Origin: Moniliella sp. 'wahieum'
Taxonomy: Eukaryota
Length of the DNA stretch: 64,000 nt
Assembly: GCA_003971905.1 (NCBI GenBank)
Contig: RSEE01000007.1
Coordinates: 186,001 to 250,000, forward strand
Direction: 5' to 3'
This document shows, piece by piece, positions 52,001-63,002 of this stretch (positions are counted from its first letter, which is position 1; each line of letters begins with the position of its first letter). The notes beneath the pieces are model-generated. The model worked only from the letters and a program-made list of their open reading frames with translations, was not told the DNA's origin and did no database searches. The translations under genes and the position numbers were made by a program.

Positions 52001-54518
52001 TCCAAGTTGCTGCCGCAAGGACTCGTTCCAACGTGTCTTGATCTCCGAGGGGGACAGACGTTCCTCTTCCTTGCTTGTCGCTTGGTTGGCGCGCTGCTCT
52101 GCCTCGCGCAGCTGCACCTCCAAATGCGCACACTGGTCCATGAGCGTGGCTTGCATTTGAGTAGCGTCTGCCTCGTTCGCCGTCATCTTTTCATTCGCCA
52201 AGGCCAACTCTACCTCCAGTTGCGCCACCCGTGCCTTGAGTAAAGAAATAGCCGTCTCCTGCGTTTCAACATCGGCATCGGGCGGCGTGGGAGGGACACT
52301 CTCTGCATCACTGCCATCAGGAGACAGCGATGGGCGAACTGGTCACCGCCTGGCTTCCGGTGGGGAATTGTTGAGGCAAATGAGAAGAAAGAGAGGCGTT
52401 GGCGAGGCGTTGTTGGCGGAGGCTTTGAGTTGAACTTCCAAATCGCGCTTGGACGCCTGGGCTTGGTCACGTTCATCTTTCAGTTGGTCGCGTTCCGCAC
52501 GCAGATCATCGACAGTTTGTTGCTCATCAAAGCGGCGGATCAGATCCGGGACACTGGCGCCGATTAAGGATGAGAAATCAACACTCCCCGTATCGTCCAA
52601 GGCAACCGCTGAGACAAGCGAATCGATCAGTTGGTAGCGCGTATTGACGTCGTCATCGTGGCGGATACGGCGCAAATGTTGGAGAGCAGAGAGGAGGAAA
52701 TCGTACGCCCTTTTCCCCTCGAGGTCGGAGACAAGCTCTTAAACACATCTACCGGGCCCGATAAATCTTCCTGTGTCTCGGTCGTATTGCGAATCTCGTC
52801 GGAATCGGATAGAGCGTGCCTCTCGTATTCGCGGATCTGCGCCTCCAGCTCGGGGGGTTGAAGGCACGCAGTTTGACCAAGATGCGTTGCAGACCGGAGT
52901 CATTGAGCTGCTGACGCAGGTCCACCCGCAGTTGAAGGTCAAAAGCAATGTCGGGCGCAACCAAGGCATTGATCAGAAACAGGCTGTTCAGCGCATACTC
53001 GTTCAGTGGTCTCATGCGCGGCCGGACCCAAATCCAGGAGCTCATGGGAGGCTCCAACCAGGCTGCCCATCTTGCCTCTCCCATCAATGGTGCGCTCCAG
53101 CACGCGCATCCAAGCGTCAAACCGCCATGGTTGCCATACCTTTGGCCAAGTTCGTCAAACCCGCGGAGGACGAGTTGCTGGCCCAGCGGCTTATCCCAAT
53201 GGCACAAGAAGAGTAAAATGTCGGAGACTTGGCGGCGGGTGAGAAGATGGTGGGAGGTGGTGGACTGCACAATGCTCACCACGCATTCAGGCTGCCGCAA
53301 CACATCGTTGCTCCCGGGCGTGAGTTGAACAAGGCCCTGAACGTTTTGAGCACGCCAAATTCCAGCCGCACATCGTCATCGGTAAGGGATGGTTTTTGAT
53401 GCACCGTGTCCAACAGCTTGCCTAGGGTCACTGTACCCTGGGCCAACACAAACCTCGATCCAACCCATAGCACAGCTGCGGAGTGTAATCGACAGTGCCT
53501 CCAGGTCAGCATAGCTAACCTCGCCGGCATGGATGCGACGGATAAAGCTTGTAGGCGAGGAACGCGTGGTCAGGCCATGGGAAAGGGACTTGCTGCTACC
53601 GCTGGCGCGCAGGGAGTGGCGGGGGGGCGTCTGTCCAACCATTCCCTGTGCAGGTCATTGTAGACGAGAGTCCATTTGTCGTCCATGCTTAAGCCCATCA
53701 TGGTTTGGCGCACTGTATCGCGCTGCCCCCCTTCTAGGAGGTTGTGCTTGCGCACCAACTGCTCAAACATGCGCTCCACTCCTGCTTTATCGGGACGCTC
53801 TAGGACAAAGTGTGCCGAGCCCGAGGAGATTGTACTGTCGCTAGCAGTGCCACCCAATGGCCGGTTGGGGTTGGATGGGTCTGAGGTGTGAGCAGACAGA
53901 GCGAGGAGAGATGTGCGAGGGGAGCGGTCGATTGTGCGGGAGCGGGTACGTGGCACGACCAAGTCGGGCTCAGGCGAGCGGGGCGTGAGAGGGGTAGACT
54001 GGGCAGAGGCGTTGGAGGCAATCGGCAGAGACATGCTAGAGGTCATGGCATACCTAGGCTGCGAGCGGTGCTGGTGCTTGGTACTGCCAGAGCTGGGCGC
54101 GGCATGGTGCGCAGGTGTCAGGGATGGACGGGGGTAGGTGAGATCGGGTGGGACGGATGGCGATGGGGGGAAACTGGAGACTGGGCTGGGCGGAATGGGC
54201 TAGGAGGCGGACGGTGGTCAGCGCACGCTGAGAGCAGACGGCCAGGGGCGATGAGGGGGGGGATGGGGATGGGGATGGGGATGGGGACGGAGACGGAGAT
54301 GGAGACACACGGAGAAGGAGGCCTGCTGCTGGAGCTGGTCGGGGGAGGAGATGGCGAGGAGGGCCGGGGAGGCGGAGGCGGAGGCGGCGGAGACGGGCGA
54401 GGGCGGGAGGGGCGGGCAAAGGCAAAGCGGGAGGCGGAGGGGGTGGGGGTGGGGCGGGTGGGGCGGCGGCCTGTTCTCCGCTCGCGCCAGGCCGGCGGCG
54501 GTCGAAGAACGACCTCAT
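49080..54518 (-). CDS. Diaphanous-related formin (GBD/FH3-FH1-FH2-DAD)
   Basis: VERMFEQLV..RQTMMGLSMDDKWTLV (GBD); EYALNSLFLINALV..LRVDLRQQL (FH3); coiled coil; poly-Pro at about 51225-51270 (FH1); MKQLQWDKL and MGNFLNATGARGGAFGFKISSINKLIDTK..TTLLHF (FH2); LLETLLGQLR (DAD-like). Start either MRSFFDRR at 54518 or the ATG at 54046; end approximate. Confidence 0.92.
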
Positions 54519-55331
54519 GCGTGGGCGGAGTGGGGGGCGGTGGGGGGCGGATGGAGGCGGGGCGTGGTGGGGGCGTCGGCGCGGACGGGGCGGAGGCTGC
54601 GGGCAGGCTGCGCGCTTTAGCTCAGCTGAGCCCGCTTGGCGCTTGCCTGCCTGCGCCGGCGGGGGCACTGCAGCGCAGCCGCCTGGCGCTGCTGCATCCG
54701 CACCCATGTCTGGCCAGGCGTGGCGCAACAGCCGCGTCGTGCGCCCCCGTGCGGCCGCCCATTGATTAATGATTGGCCGCGGCGCGAGGCTGCTTTCTGC
54801 TGCTGCTGGCGCCCGGCTGCTGCCCTGCCTCCCTCCTCGGGCGAATGGCAGCCCAGCATGCAACACTACGTACCACGCCCAACCACCCCTCCCTAATCAA
54901 GCAGCCCCCTGCAGCGCCTGCCCCCCCACCACAGCGCACCCAGTACAGGCCCGGCAGCGCCCCAGTGTGCTGCTGGCCGCTGCCTCCCCCCCACGTGCTT
55001 AGCACAGCGCCAGACTGCCCCAGTCACCGGCCAACTCACGTGATCAGCTTAAAGCCGTACTGGCATGCACCGCCCCGAGCAGGGGCCTGGGCGGCGTCTC
55101 ATCCGTAGCGCCAGTGCGCGTCCCCGCGCCCAGCTGTCTCCCATCGGTTATGCGGATCAGCGCATCAGCCCATCCGCATCAGCCTGCATGCATGCTTGCT
55201 CCCTGACGCGTGATGAAGCGTGAAGCGTGGCTCTGCGTGCACTGCTGGCATGCGGCGGAGAAAAAGACCAGGGTCCATCCTGCCAATCGCCGATCAATCA
55301 CTGCTCGATCAGATGGTCGATGATCGATGCT

Positions 55332-55492
55332 TGACGCGTGACGCGTGACGCGTGACGACCAGCATTGATCGGTTCGTTTTTGATTGCCTCCAGCACACAA
55401 CCTGTCACACGTCCCTCAACCACCCTGTCCGTTTACGTAGAGCGCGTGGCGCCAGAAACGCGTAACGCGAACGCGTAACGCGAACGCGTAAC
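55332..55492. repeat. Two ACGCGT-containing tandem arrays: (TGACGCG)3 and (AACGCGTAACGCG)2+
   Basis: 55332-55357 and 55457-55492, six ACGCGT hexamers in total. Confidence 0.9.
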
Positions 55493-56989
55493 CGCATCCC
55501 GCCTCTGTGCGCCCACCCAGCATTGGAACACGCAGGCCACACTGCTTGGCATCAAGCTACCAGCTTCAAGCGCCAAGCATCAAGTGCCTGCAGGAGACCT
55601 ACAAAAGCATCGCCAGTCGTGCCGCCGAGCTCACAGATGCACCACTGAATCAGCGCTGCATCATCACTACCTGTCTGTTGGGGCACGTGTATCTGCCTTT
55701 CCCCAGGGCACCATTCTCAACAAGCCAAGGCATCAAAACATCTCACCGAATATAGACAGGCTACGTCCAGGAAATCATTCTTCTCACTTTCAAGACGTGG
55801 AAAACTTAGCAACCCTTGCTCTCCTCAAACGCTCTCCTCAGTCAGGAATGTAAGCGCGGTCGTTGGACGGTGGAGGCAGAAGATACACATGGTGTTTGAG
55901 GCGAAATGTGACTATCGCTCGCGTATTATGCCACAGCCCAAGGGGGGGGCAGGAGGGGTTTACGCACGTTTTTAAGAGATTCGACGCACAGCGGACGTGT
56001 AGTGCTTGCTATCTTGCTATCTTCCCGGAACGGTAATAACCACTGTTGTTCAGACAACGTGGCGTATATACTAAGCATGACTGGGAGCAACAATGTGTCT
56101 ATAGAGAAGAGAGTGACATTAAGCGGTTGTTCTTCATTATAGCTTCAGGATGGAAAAAACAGATAGAGGCACTGAGAAGCCTGTTCCAGCGTCGAGGATG
56201 AACGAGAGGGATATTAGAACACAGAACAGGAGACCTCCGCGAATGGACACACATGAACAAGTGCAGCCCAGTGGTTAGCCATATAACTCCTGGGGGGAGG
56301 GGCCTCGCAAACGAGATCGCCAATTGTTTTTCGCCACACCATTTTGGCAAAAGGATATGCATGTAGGCTGAGCCGGCAGGAGCAGAAGAATCAAAGCAGA
56401 AGCGAGAGAAAGCAACGGACTCCTAATAGATATACTACGCCTGGGGAGAAGCGCAAGGGATGGTGGCCAAACACACGAGATCCAACCGAGTATCTCAACA
56501 AGAGTATTGTTGTCATGCGCAAATGGTGAGAGTGAATGCATTGGCTTCTTGTTCTTGACGTCCTAGTATGTGGAGGAGACCAGCTAGCAACGAAGGCTTC
56601 CAACGTTGCTAATACGGCTGTTGTCAATTCGTCAGTGGCACGCATGAAATACACGTGACGTTGATAAATTCAGAATTGCACCAGCCAACCCTAGTTGAAA
56701 GTTGAAAGTAGCCAGCTTTTTGCGGGCGCAAGCTGCGGCAAACCCTACTGTTTTTTGGAGAGTGGTGTGGTGCCGCCGCCCTAGCTGGCGTGGTGGATGG
56801 AGCAACGTCGAACTGCTGCTTTCGGTCGGAAACCCACATTGTGTTGCCCAACCTACCAACCGTATCTGTAAGTGCATTGCTGGCTGCTCGCTGGGCGCTC
56901 CAAAGGCTCTACTTGGTCCTCGACTACGTCCGTGGTCGTTGGTGGGCAAGTCCCTTGAGAATAAGAACTGACGTTATTTGAAGCCAACC

Positions 56990-57574
56990 ATGTCGGTGTC
57001 CGCCAAGTTCCTCCGCTCGGCCAACGCGCCCACGGCCCCTCCTTCGGAGATTGAGACTTCGGTCGCCCAGGCCCTCCTGGACCTGGAGAGCAACGTGTCC
57101 GAGCTCACGGCTGAGCTGCGTCCTCTGCAGATCTCTTCGGTGAAAGAGGTGGAGGTCAAGGGCGGCAAGAAGGCGATTGTGATCTTTGTGCCCATGCCCC
57201 AGCTCAAGGCGTACCACAAGATTCAAGTGCGTCTGATCCGTGAGCTGGAGAAGAAGTTCTCGGACCGCCACGTGGTCTTTGTTGGCCAGCGCCGTATCCT
57301 GCGCAAGCCCAACCGTGGTGAGGGCACCAAGCAGCCCCGCCCGCGTTCGCGCACGCTCACTGCCGTGCACGACGCGATCCTCGAGGACCTGTCGTACCCC
57401 TCGGACATTGTCGGCCGCCGGACACGCTTTGCCGTTGACGGCTCCAAGCTGATCAAGTGCTTCCTTGACGCTAAGGACATCACCGCTCTCGAGTACAAGA
57501 CGGAGACCTTCAGCGCTGTCTACAAGCAGCTGACGGGCAAGGACGTTGTCTTCTCGTTTGCTGAGAGCATCTAA
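56990..57574 (+). CDS. RPS7: 40S ribosomal protein eS7
   Basis: [65 protein letters not shown] and [15 protein letters not shown]. Intact, strongly C/G-ending codons; 5'UTR intron 56868-56983. Confidence 0.98.
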   Translation: MSVSAKFLRSANAPTAPPSEIETSVAQALLDLESNVSELTAELRPLQISSVKEVEVKGGKKAIVIFVPMPQLKAYHKIQVRLIRELEKKFSDRHVVFVGQRRILRKPNRGEGTKQPRPRSRTLTAVHDAILEDLSYPSDIVGRRTRFAVDGSKLIKCFLDAKDITALEYKTETFSAVYKQLTGKDVVFSFAESI

Positions 57575-58109
57575 ACGAGCGGTCGATACCTGGGGATACT
57601 TGGCAGACTGAGAGGGGGGGACATGCCTCTTGACTTGGAATGAGCCTCTGGGCTCTTGCTGCTCTGAACCTTTGGGTTCCGTCTTTTTCTGTCTTGTCAT
57701 CTTCCGTGATCAATGTGGGACACGTTCTGGGGGCTTGCTCTTTGGGCCCCAGTCTGTTTGCTCCCATGATCTGATTGCTCCAAAACCCCCCGACTATGCG
57801 CGGCACAATCCTGTATGCATTGCTCTACCCCACCTTGTGCCCCTATGGCTTTCTCTTTCGGGTGGCACAGCCGTTCTATAGCAGTCTGGTGCATCAGGTG
57901 GAAGTTGTGTGCGATAGAGGTACAGTGGCAACGGACAAACTAAATGCGCTGCCACCTGCTGCGAGAGTGGGGCCAGATCAGGAGGCAAGGGGTCGCGATG
58001 AAGATGCGAATGGCGAGGCATTGCTCAATCCAAAAGAAAAGGGTGGAGAGAGAAAGTGAAGTGCGCATATACAACACGGAAGGAGCAAGCTGGGGGGTGC
58101 CATAAATGA

Positions 58110-58870
58110 TTACCATCCGCCACCACCGTAGCCTTGGTTGCCGTACCCGCCTTGCGGGCCACCGTAGCCACCGGGCCCTCCTCCACCATACCCACCGGGC
58201 CCTCCTCCACCGTAGCCACCGGGTCCTCCTCCACCGTACCCACCGGGTCCTCCTCCGCCGTACCCACCGGGTCCTCCCCACCGTACCCACCAGGCCCTCC
58301 AGAACCTCCGGTGTAGCCGCCAGGACCGCCGGGACCACCATATCCCGGGGGTTGCCGTACCCGCCGTCAAAGTTGGCCTTTTGGTCACCAAATTCGTGGC
58401 TACCGCTGCCGCCATACTGACCATCATAGGGTTCCTTGTTCTTGTGGGTTAGGTACCGGTCATGAATGTGTTCTCCTACCTTCTTGCCCACCTCGGCTAG
58501 GATCGCACCGCCCGCAATGGAAGCAAAGTTTCCATGGTGCTTGCCCGACGCCTTGTTGGCTGCCCATCCGGCTGCCCCTCCCAGCGCCATGGTCCCCAAC
58601 CCACGCTCTCCCCCTTCGCCACCAGCTGGCTCGTCCCCACGGTACTCTTGTTGTCCTGCGCCACCAGTGTAGTCTTGCGCCGAACCACCGTATTGGTTGG
58701 CGCTCCCGTACGCATCGCCCCCAGGCTGTTGGTTACCGGTGTAGGGGATTGGCACCGTACTGATTGTCGCCACCGTAGCCTTGGCCACCATATTGGCTGC
58801 CGCCGTAGCCTTGGCCATAGTTGCCGCCGTAGTTGCCGCCTTGACCGGGCTCAGGGAAGTTGTAAGCCAT
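58110..58870 (-). CDS. Gly/Tyr/Gln-rich low-complexity protein with a central glycine-zipper-like segment
   Basis: MAYNFPEPGQGGNYGGNYGQGYGG..., GERGLGTMALGGAAGWAA..HHGNFASIAGGAILA and C-terminal (GGGPGGY)n..YGGGGW*. Joined across frames. Confidence 0.8.
58157..58290 (-). repeat. 21-nt coding tandem repeat (GGGGPGGY-type)
   Basis: About five near-identical CCACCGTA(G/C)CCACCGGG(T/C)CCTCCT-like units on the + strand. Confidence 0.8.
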
Positions 58871-60012
58871 ATTAGCAGAGCTGGTAAGGATCGCTGCTGG
58901 ATGCTTGTGGAGCGGTAGGAAGCGTTGGGGGAAGATACCGGAGAGCAACTGACAGAACCTCGCTATATCCTGAGGTCCGATCCCGACGGCAAGCGAAGGG
59001 CGCGGAAACGTCATTGGGTCATCCGTCAGCGCGTCAGCGAGCGAGCGTCCGCGTCATCATTGCATCATTGTTCGTTGAACGTTGACCCAGGCTGGCGCAG
59101 TGGGAGCCCACCCTGAGGGGTTGACACGTAACGAGGCCATCTCCTTCCCATCTCACTTGTGGTGAGGTGAGGCTGACTGTAAACCGAAGCCTGAGGCGCT
59201 TATTTCGCCTGGGCGCCACCGTCGACAGGAGGGCGAGAGGCTAGAAGGGTGAGGCTGAGGGTGAAAGGCCTGCCCCCTGCTGACGCGCTGACGTTGACCG
59301 ACTACAAGCGTTGGATATTGAATGTTCAACTTGAACGTTCATGTTATTCGAGAGCCAGCCATGTCACATGTCACATGTCACCGTCAAAAGCCATTCTGAT
59401 TGATGATATTGATGATTGATCGATGATTGACGATTGATAATCGATGATACCAATCGATGATCGTCTTCCACATGCAGGCACCATGTCGGCCGGTAACCCC
59501 ATCCCTTGGCCTGGTGCCAAAAGTCCTACCCTGCCAGCATCCCTAGTCTGCCTAGCATCCCCAGCACTGGGCCTCCAACTTGCCCATCTCTTCCCCCTGC
59601 AACCCTACTGTTGACCGACCGGGTGCCTTGTGCTTTGGCCAACGTCCCTTCAGTTCCTCAGGCCCCGCCGTTCCGTTGTCTTCGCACCTGTTTTCCTTGC
59701 TCCGCACCTTAGCCTCTGGTGGCGCCTCGCTGCTTGCTATTCCTCTGTTAGGTGTTGCTGGTTGGCTTAGTCTACCACCACCACCAGTGCGATTGCATCG
59801 TCCTCGAGGACCCTCCGGACTCCAGGTCTCATCACCTCCCACGCCAAGCGTACCGCAGCCATCCTCCTTTCCCACCCAGTCGCTCCCACAGACGACCTCC
59901 CACCACCCCCCGACCGACCGATCCCCTTCCCCGGTCCCCCGACTCCAACCCAACAGGTCCCCGCGCGTCTCTCCAAACCTACGAAATGCTCTCAGCCCGC
60001 GCGTCCGCCATC

Positions 60013-61160
60013 ATGGACGCCAATACAGAGATGCTCGGATCCGCCTATATGATCCAAGAGGCAGTAATGACCGTAAAAGACTTGCCCGGGGCTCAGATTG
60101 ACCTGCACAAAATGTGCGCCAGCGAGATCGTTCGCATCAAAGCCACGCTTCTCGCGGTCAAGGATCGTGCTCTGAGCGAGGAGGAGTACCTCGAAATCCA
60201 AAAGGCCGAGCTACTCTTCCGCGTCACGGATCTCATTGATAACAGATGGCTGACGAAGCTGCGAAGGCGCGCCCCTCCAACGTTCTTTGGATCCAGCCAC
60301 CGCCTCGGCAGTCAAGGCTGTCAACAGATTGATTGCGGCCAAGATTATCGGATGGTCCGAAGGCGACATGCAAGACCCGCACAGGTTTAATGACGTTTAC
60401 CACTGCACTGTCGCCGAGTTGAGACGCATTCACCCCGACGCGGAGGACATGATCAAGCAGGGACGAGCAGCACGCTACTTTAATCCGGCGATCGACGAAA
60501 GCATGATGACATGCCTCCGCCCGCCTTGCCCATTCGAGCCCGCGTGATCTTCGTCCACCCCAACCAAGAGCCTGCGACCACGCACGAATTTCTCGACCGA
60601 CTGCAGAAGCGGTACGGCCATGTGACGAATGCCCAAGCCTGTCAAGACGTGCGAAACCTCCTTAGCCAAAACAAGCAGGGAAGCATGTCGGGTGCCGCGT
60701 GGCTGGAACGCATGGAGGAGTTGTACCGACTTGTGGTTGCCACCACCGGTCTGCAAGAGGAATGCTACCGCCGTGTACTCCTCGACGGCATAAACGACCA
60801 AGATGTGAGCTCTACCACGAGGCATCGAGCCTGGAGGACCTGCGCACGGTCATCCGAGAACTCCCTGCCCCGAGACCAAGTCGTCCCGTAAGAGGGTGGA
60901 AAGGCATCCCAATCCCGCCAGTCCCGCTAACAGACAAACTAAGCGGGGGAAGGCTCCCTGCAGGGATACGGACTCTAGCGGAGGCAGATCCCCGCCCAGC
61001 GGACAGACGGCGCCGCGTTCGTGACCCATCCAGAGCCCCGATCGAGCCGTGCGCCGATCTTACGCCAACTTGGCTACCACCGGCCCTGCAGAGCAGACAC
61101 AAACCGAGCGCCTCGCACCCCTGTTCCTCCAGGACCAACAGGATTTCGGGGGCAAACTAG
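60013..61160 (+). mobile_element. Orphan retrotransposon Gag-like (capsid) coding region; no pol or LTR recognised
   Basis: Continuous protein across three frameshifts. Includes TTHEFLDRLQKRYG..AQACQDVRNLLSQNKQGSMSGAAWLERMEELYRL..RRVLLDGIN..SSLEDLRTVIREL, resembling the Ty3/gypsy Gag pattern F..RF..L..L.QG..SV.EY..RF..L..F..GL..TL.E. Followed by an Arg/Pro-rich tail. Confidence 0.55.
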
Positions 61161-62056
61161 GAAACGTCTGAGCTCGAACGCTTTTTGAAAGTGGTGCATT
61201 CTCAACGATTTGATGAGACCGCGAAGCGTTGGCAGCCGTCTCTTCGTGTATCAACGCGAACAGGATGGCAAGGGGCATACCTAAGAGCAGAAGGCCGAGG
61301 AAACTGCACCCTCCGCCGTCATAGCCAGAGGGGTGAATGCATTCCATTAACCGCTTTTGACCTTCTCCATGTACCTTGTTTTGACCGCAGCCTCATCGGC
61401 GTCACCCACTGAGGAGCGCAGGAATCAGGTCGACCTCTGCCAAGCAAGTTCCCGTTACTTTCCAATCGACCTGGCTGCCCCCAATCGACCCGAGTGGGTC
61501 CCAGCTAGGCCGCATCACTGCCCTCATCGACAGGTAGTCCAGACGGGGCACTATATAGCGAATGCCGTTCGTAGCAATCTCATTTGATCCGGGACCACCG
61601 AGTGCTCTAGTGACTGTGCAATGGGTTGCCTGCGTCGGCCGGAATGCCACTGACTGTCCCTGCATGCCATGGCGCTGTTGGCCTTCCGACGGCTCAATGC
61701 TTAACGTTCAGCCCACCCAACGCGGATGAGCTGCCAAATCACTGTGATCCCCAGCCCACGCCTTTCCCGCCCCCAAACAAGCAATCTCGTGCCCCAGAGC
61801 CCCAGAGCTGCGGGGCTACCATGCATCGGGCCACAACAAGCCAGGAACTCGATTCTGAGAAGGAAGGAGAGGCCTAGTGTGATCTGGGAGGCGAGAGCCG
61901 TTGCGTTCGATATGAATGGGGGGATGCATTACCAGGAGCGGCCGACACAGATGAGGTGACGAACACAAACGATGAAGAAACAAGAAGAACGACAGCAGCA
62001 CCTAGCCAAAACAATGCACCAGCGCCAAGGGGCGTGGCAGGCGTGGCAACGTGAGA

Positions 62057-63002
62057 TCAGACATAGTCCTTGGTAAGATCGATGCCGAGATGGGTGTTTT
62101 GAATTTTGGGTTGCGGGAAGAAGATTGGGCGGCGCCGCGTCCGCGACCCCTTCCGCGGCCGCGCGCCCTGCCCCCCCGCGCGCCGCGAGCGGCCAACGCC
62201 TTGCTCTTGTCTCCGTGCATCATGCCCCCCGTGCCAAATGCGCTGATGGGCACCGAGGAGCTGGTAGAGGCCATCTCGGGTTCGGCATCCGCTGCCTGGA
62301 TCGCCGCTTGGGTCACATGAGCCCGTACGAGCTCTTTGGGCAGTGTGAGGGAATGCCACAGTTCCTTGAATTCTGGTCGGAAGCCGAGTTAGTACCGGGG
62401 CACAGCACACAAGGGCAGGGGGGTGCAGCGTGCCCGCACACCAACTAACTAACCTTCTTCCGGCGCCTTACATTCGGGGCCGCGGATGGGATTGTAAATG
62501 ACGCTCTTGATCGCCGCCTCCTTGGGCTGGGAGTTGGTCAGACGTACGTCCCGCGCTTGCGGTGGCTGCCGCCACACCAAGATCGGTCGATCTTGACGCG
62601 GCTCAAATTTGTCCAGCTGTTCTACCGCCTGCTTGGCCTCGGCCACGACTCGCGCAGATCGCCCAGTTTGATGGCCGGTTTGAGCGGCAGACGGGGACGT
62701 TTGCGTGGGTCTCCCGAGCCAGGCGCCTCGGCGTAGCTGTCCCACCGCGACTTGAGCAGCTCCGCAATGTCCTGCGCTGATTTGATCGCATAATCCGGCT
62801 TGTACGTCAGTGTGCCGTTGATCGGGTTGACCAGCACCCGCTCGTGGGCCACAAAGCGCTGGTACAGCCGCGACTGGCGCTGCAGCAGCGGCTCAAACCC
62901 GGACCCTAGCTCCAGCGCAAAGTCCTCCAGCCGAACCGGGTTCGTCTCCGCCTTGAGTGCCTGCACAGCGCTGGCTAGCTGCACATTCTCGTTGAGATCC
63001 AT
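62057..63002 (-). CDS. TFA2: Transcription initiation factor TFIIE beta subunit
   Basis: QLASAVQALK..PVRLED, TLTYKPDYAIKS..IAELL, IKLGDLRESWP..KQAVEQL, PEFKELWHSL and a basic tail ending NTHLGIDLTKDYV*. Probable intron near 62385-62455. Confidence 0.85.

Noticed and set aside
54240..54620. G-rich tract with (GGGATG)n as a G-quadruplex element
   Set aside because: Explained as the antisense of Pro/Ser-rich coding or C-rich leader sequence at the formin 5' end.
55560..56600. Gene or ncRNA between the formin and RPS7 (also 32000-33000)
   Set aside because: Only short ORFs without motifs and no recognisable RNA structure; left unannotated.
61340..61420. Retroviral aspartic protease motif downstream of the Gag-like ORF
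   Set aside because: Only a weak LVLTAASS / CFDRS resemblance; no D[ST]G motif in any frame.
1974..63002. Calling the fragmented genes pseudogenes or programmed-frameshift genes
   Set aside because: Breaks hit many essential genes, sit mostly in homopolymers, and catalytic motifs remain intact; sequencing error is the simpler explanation.
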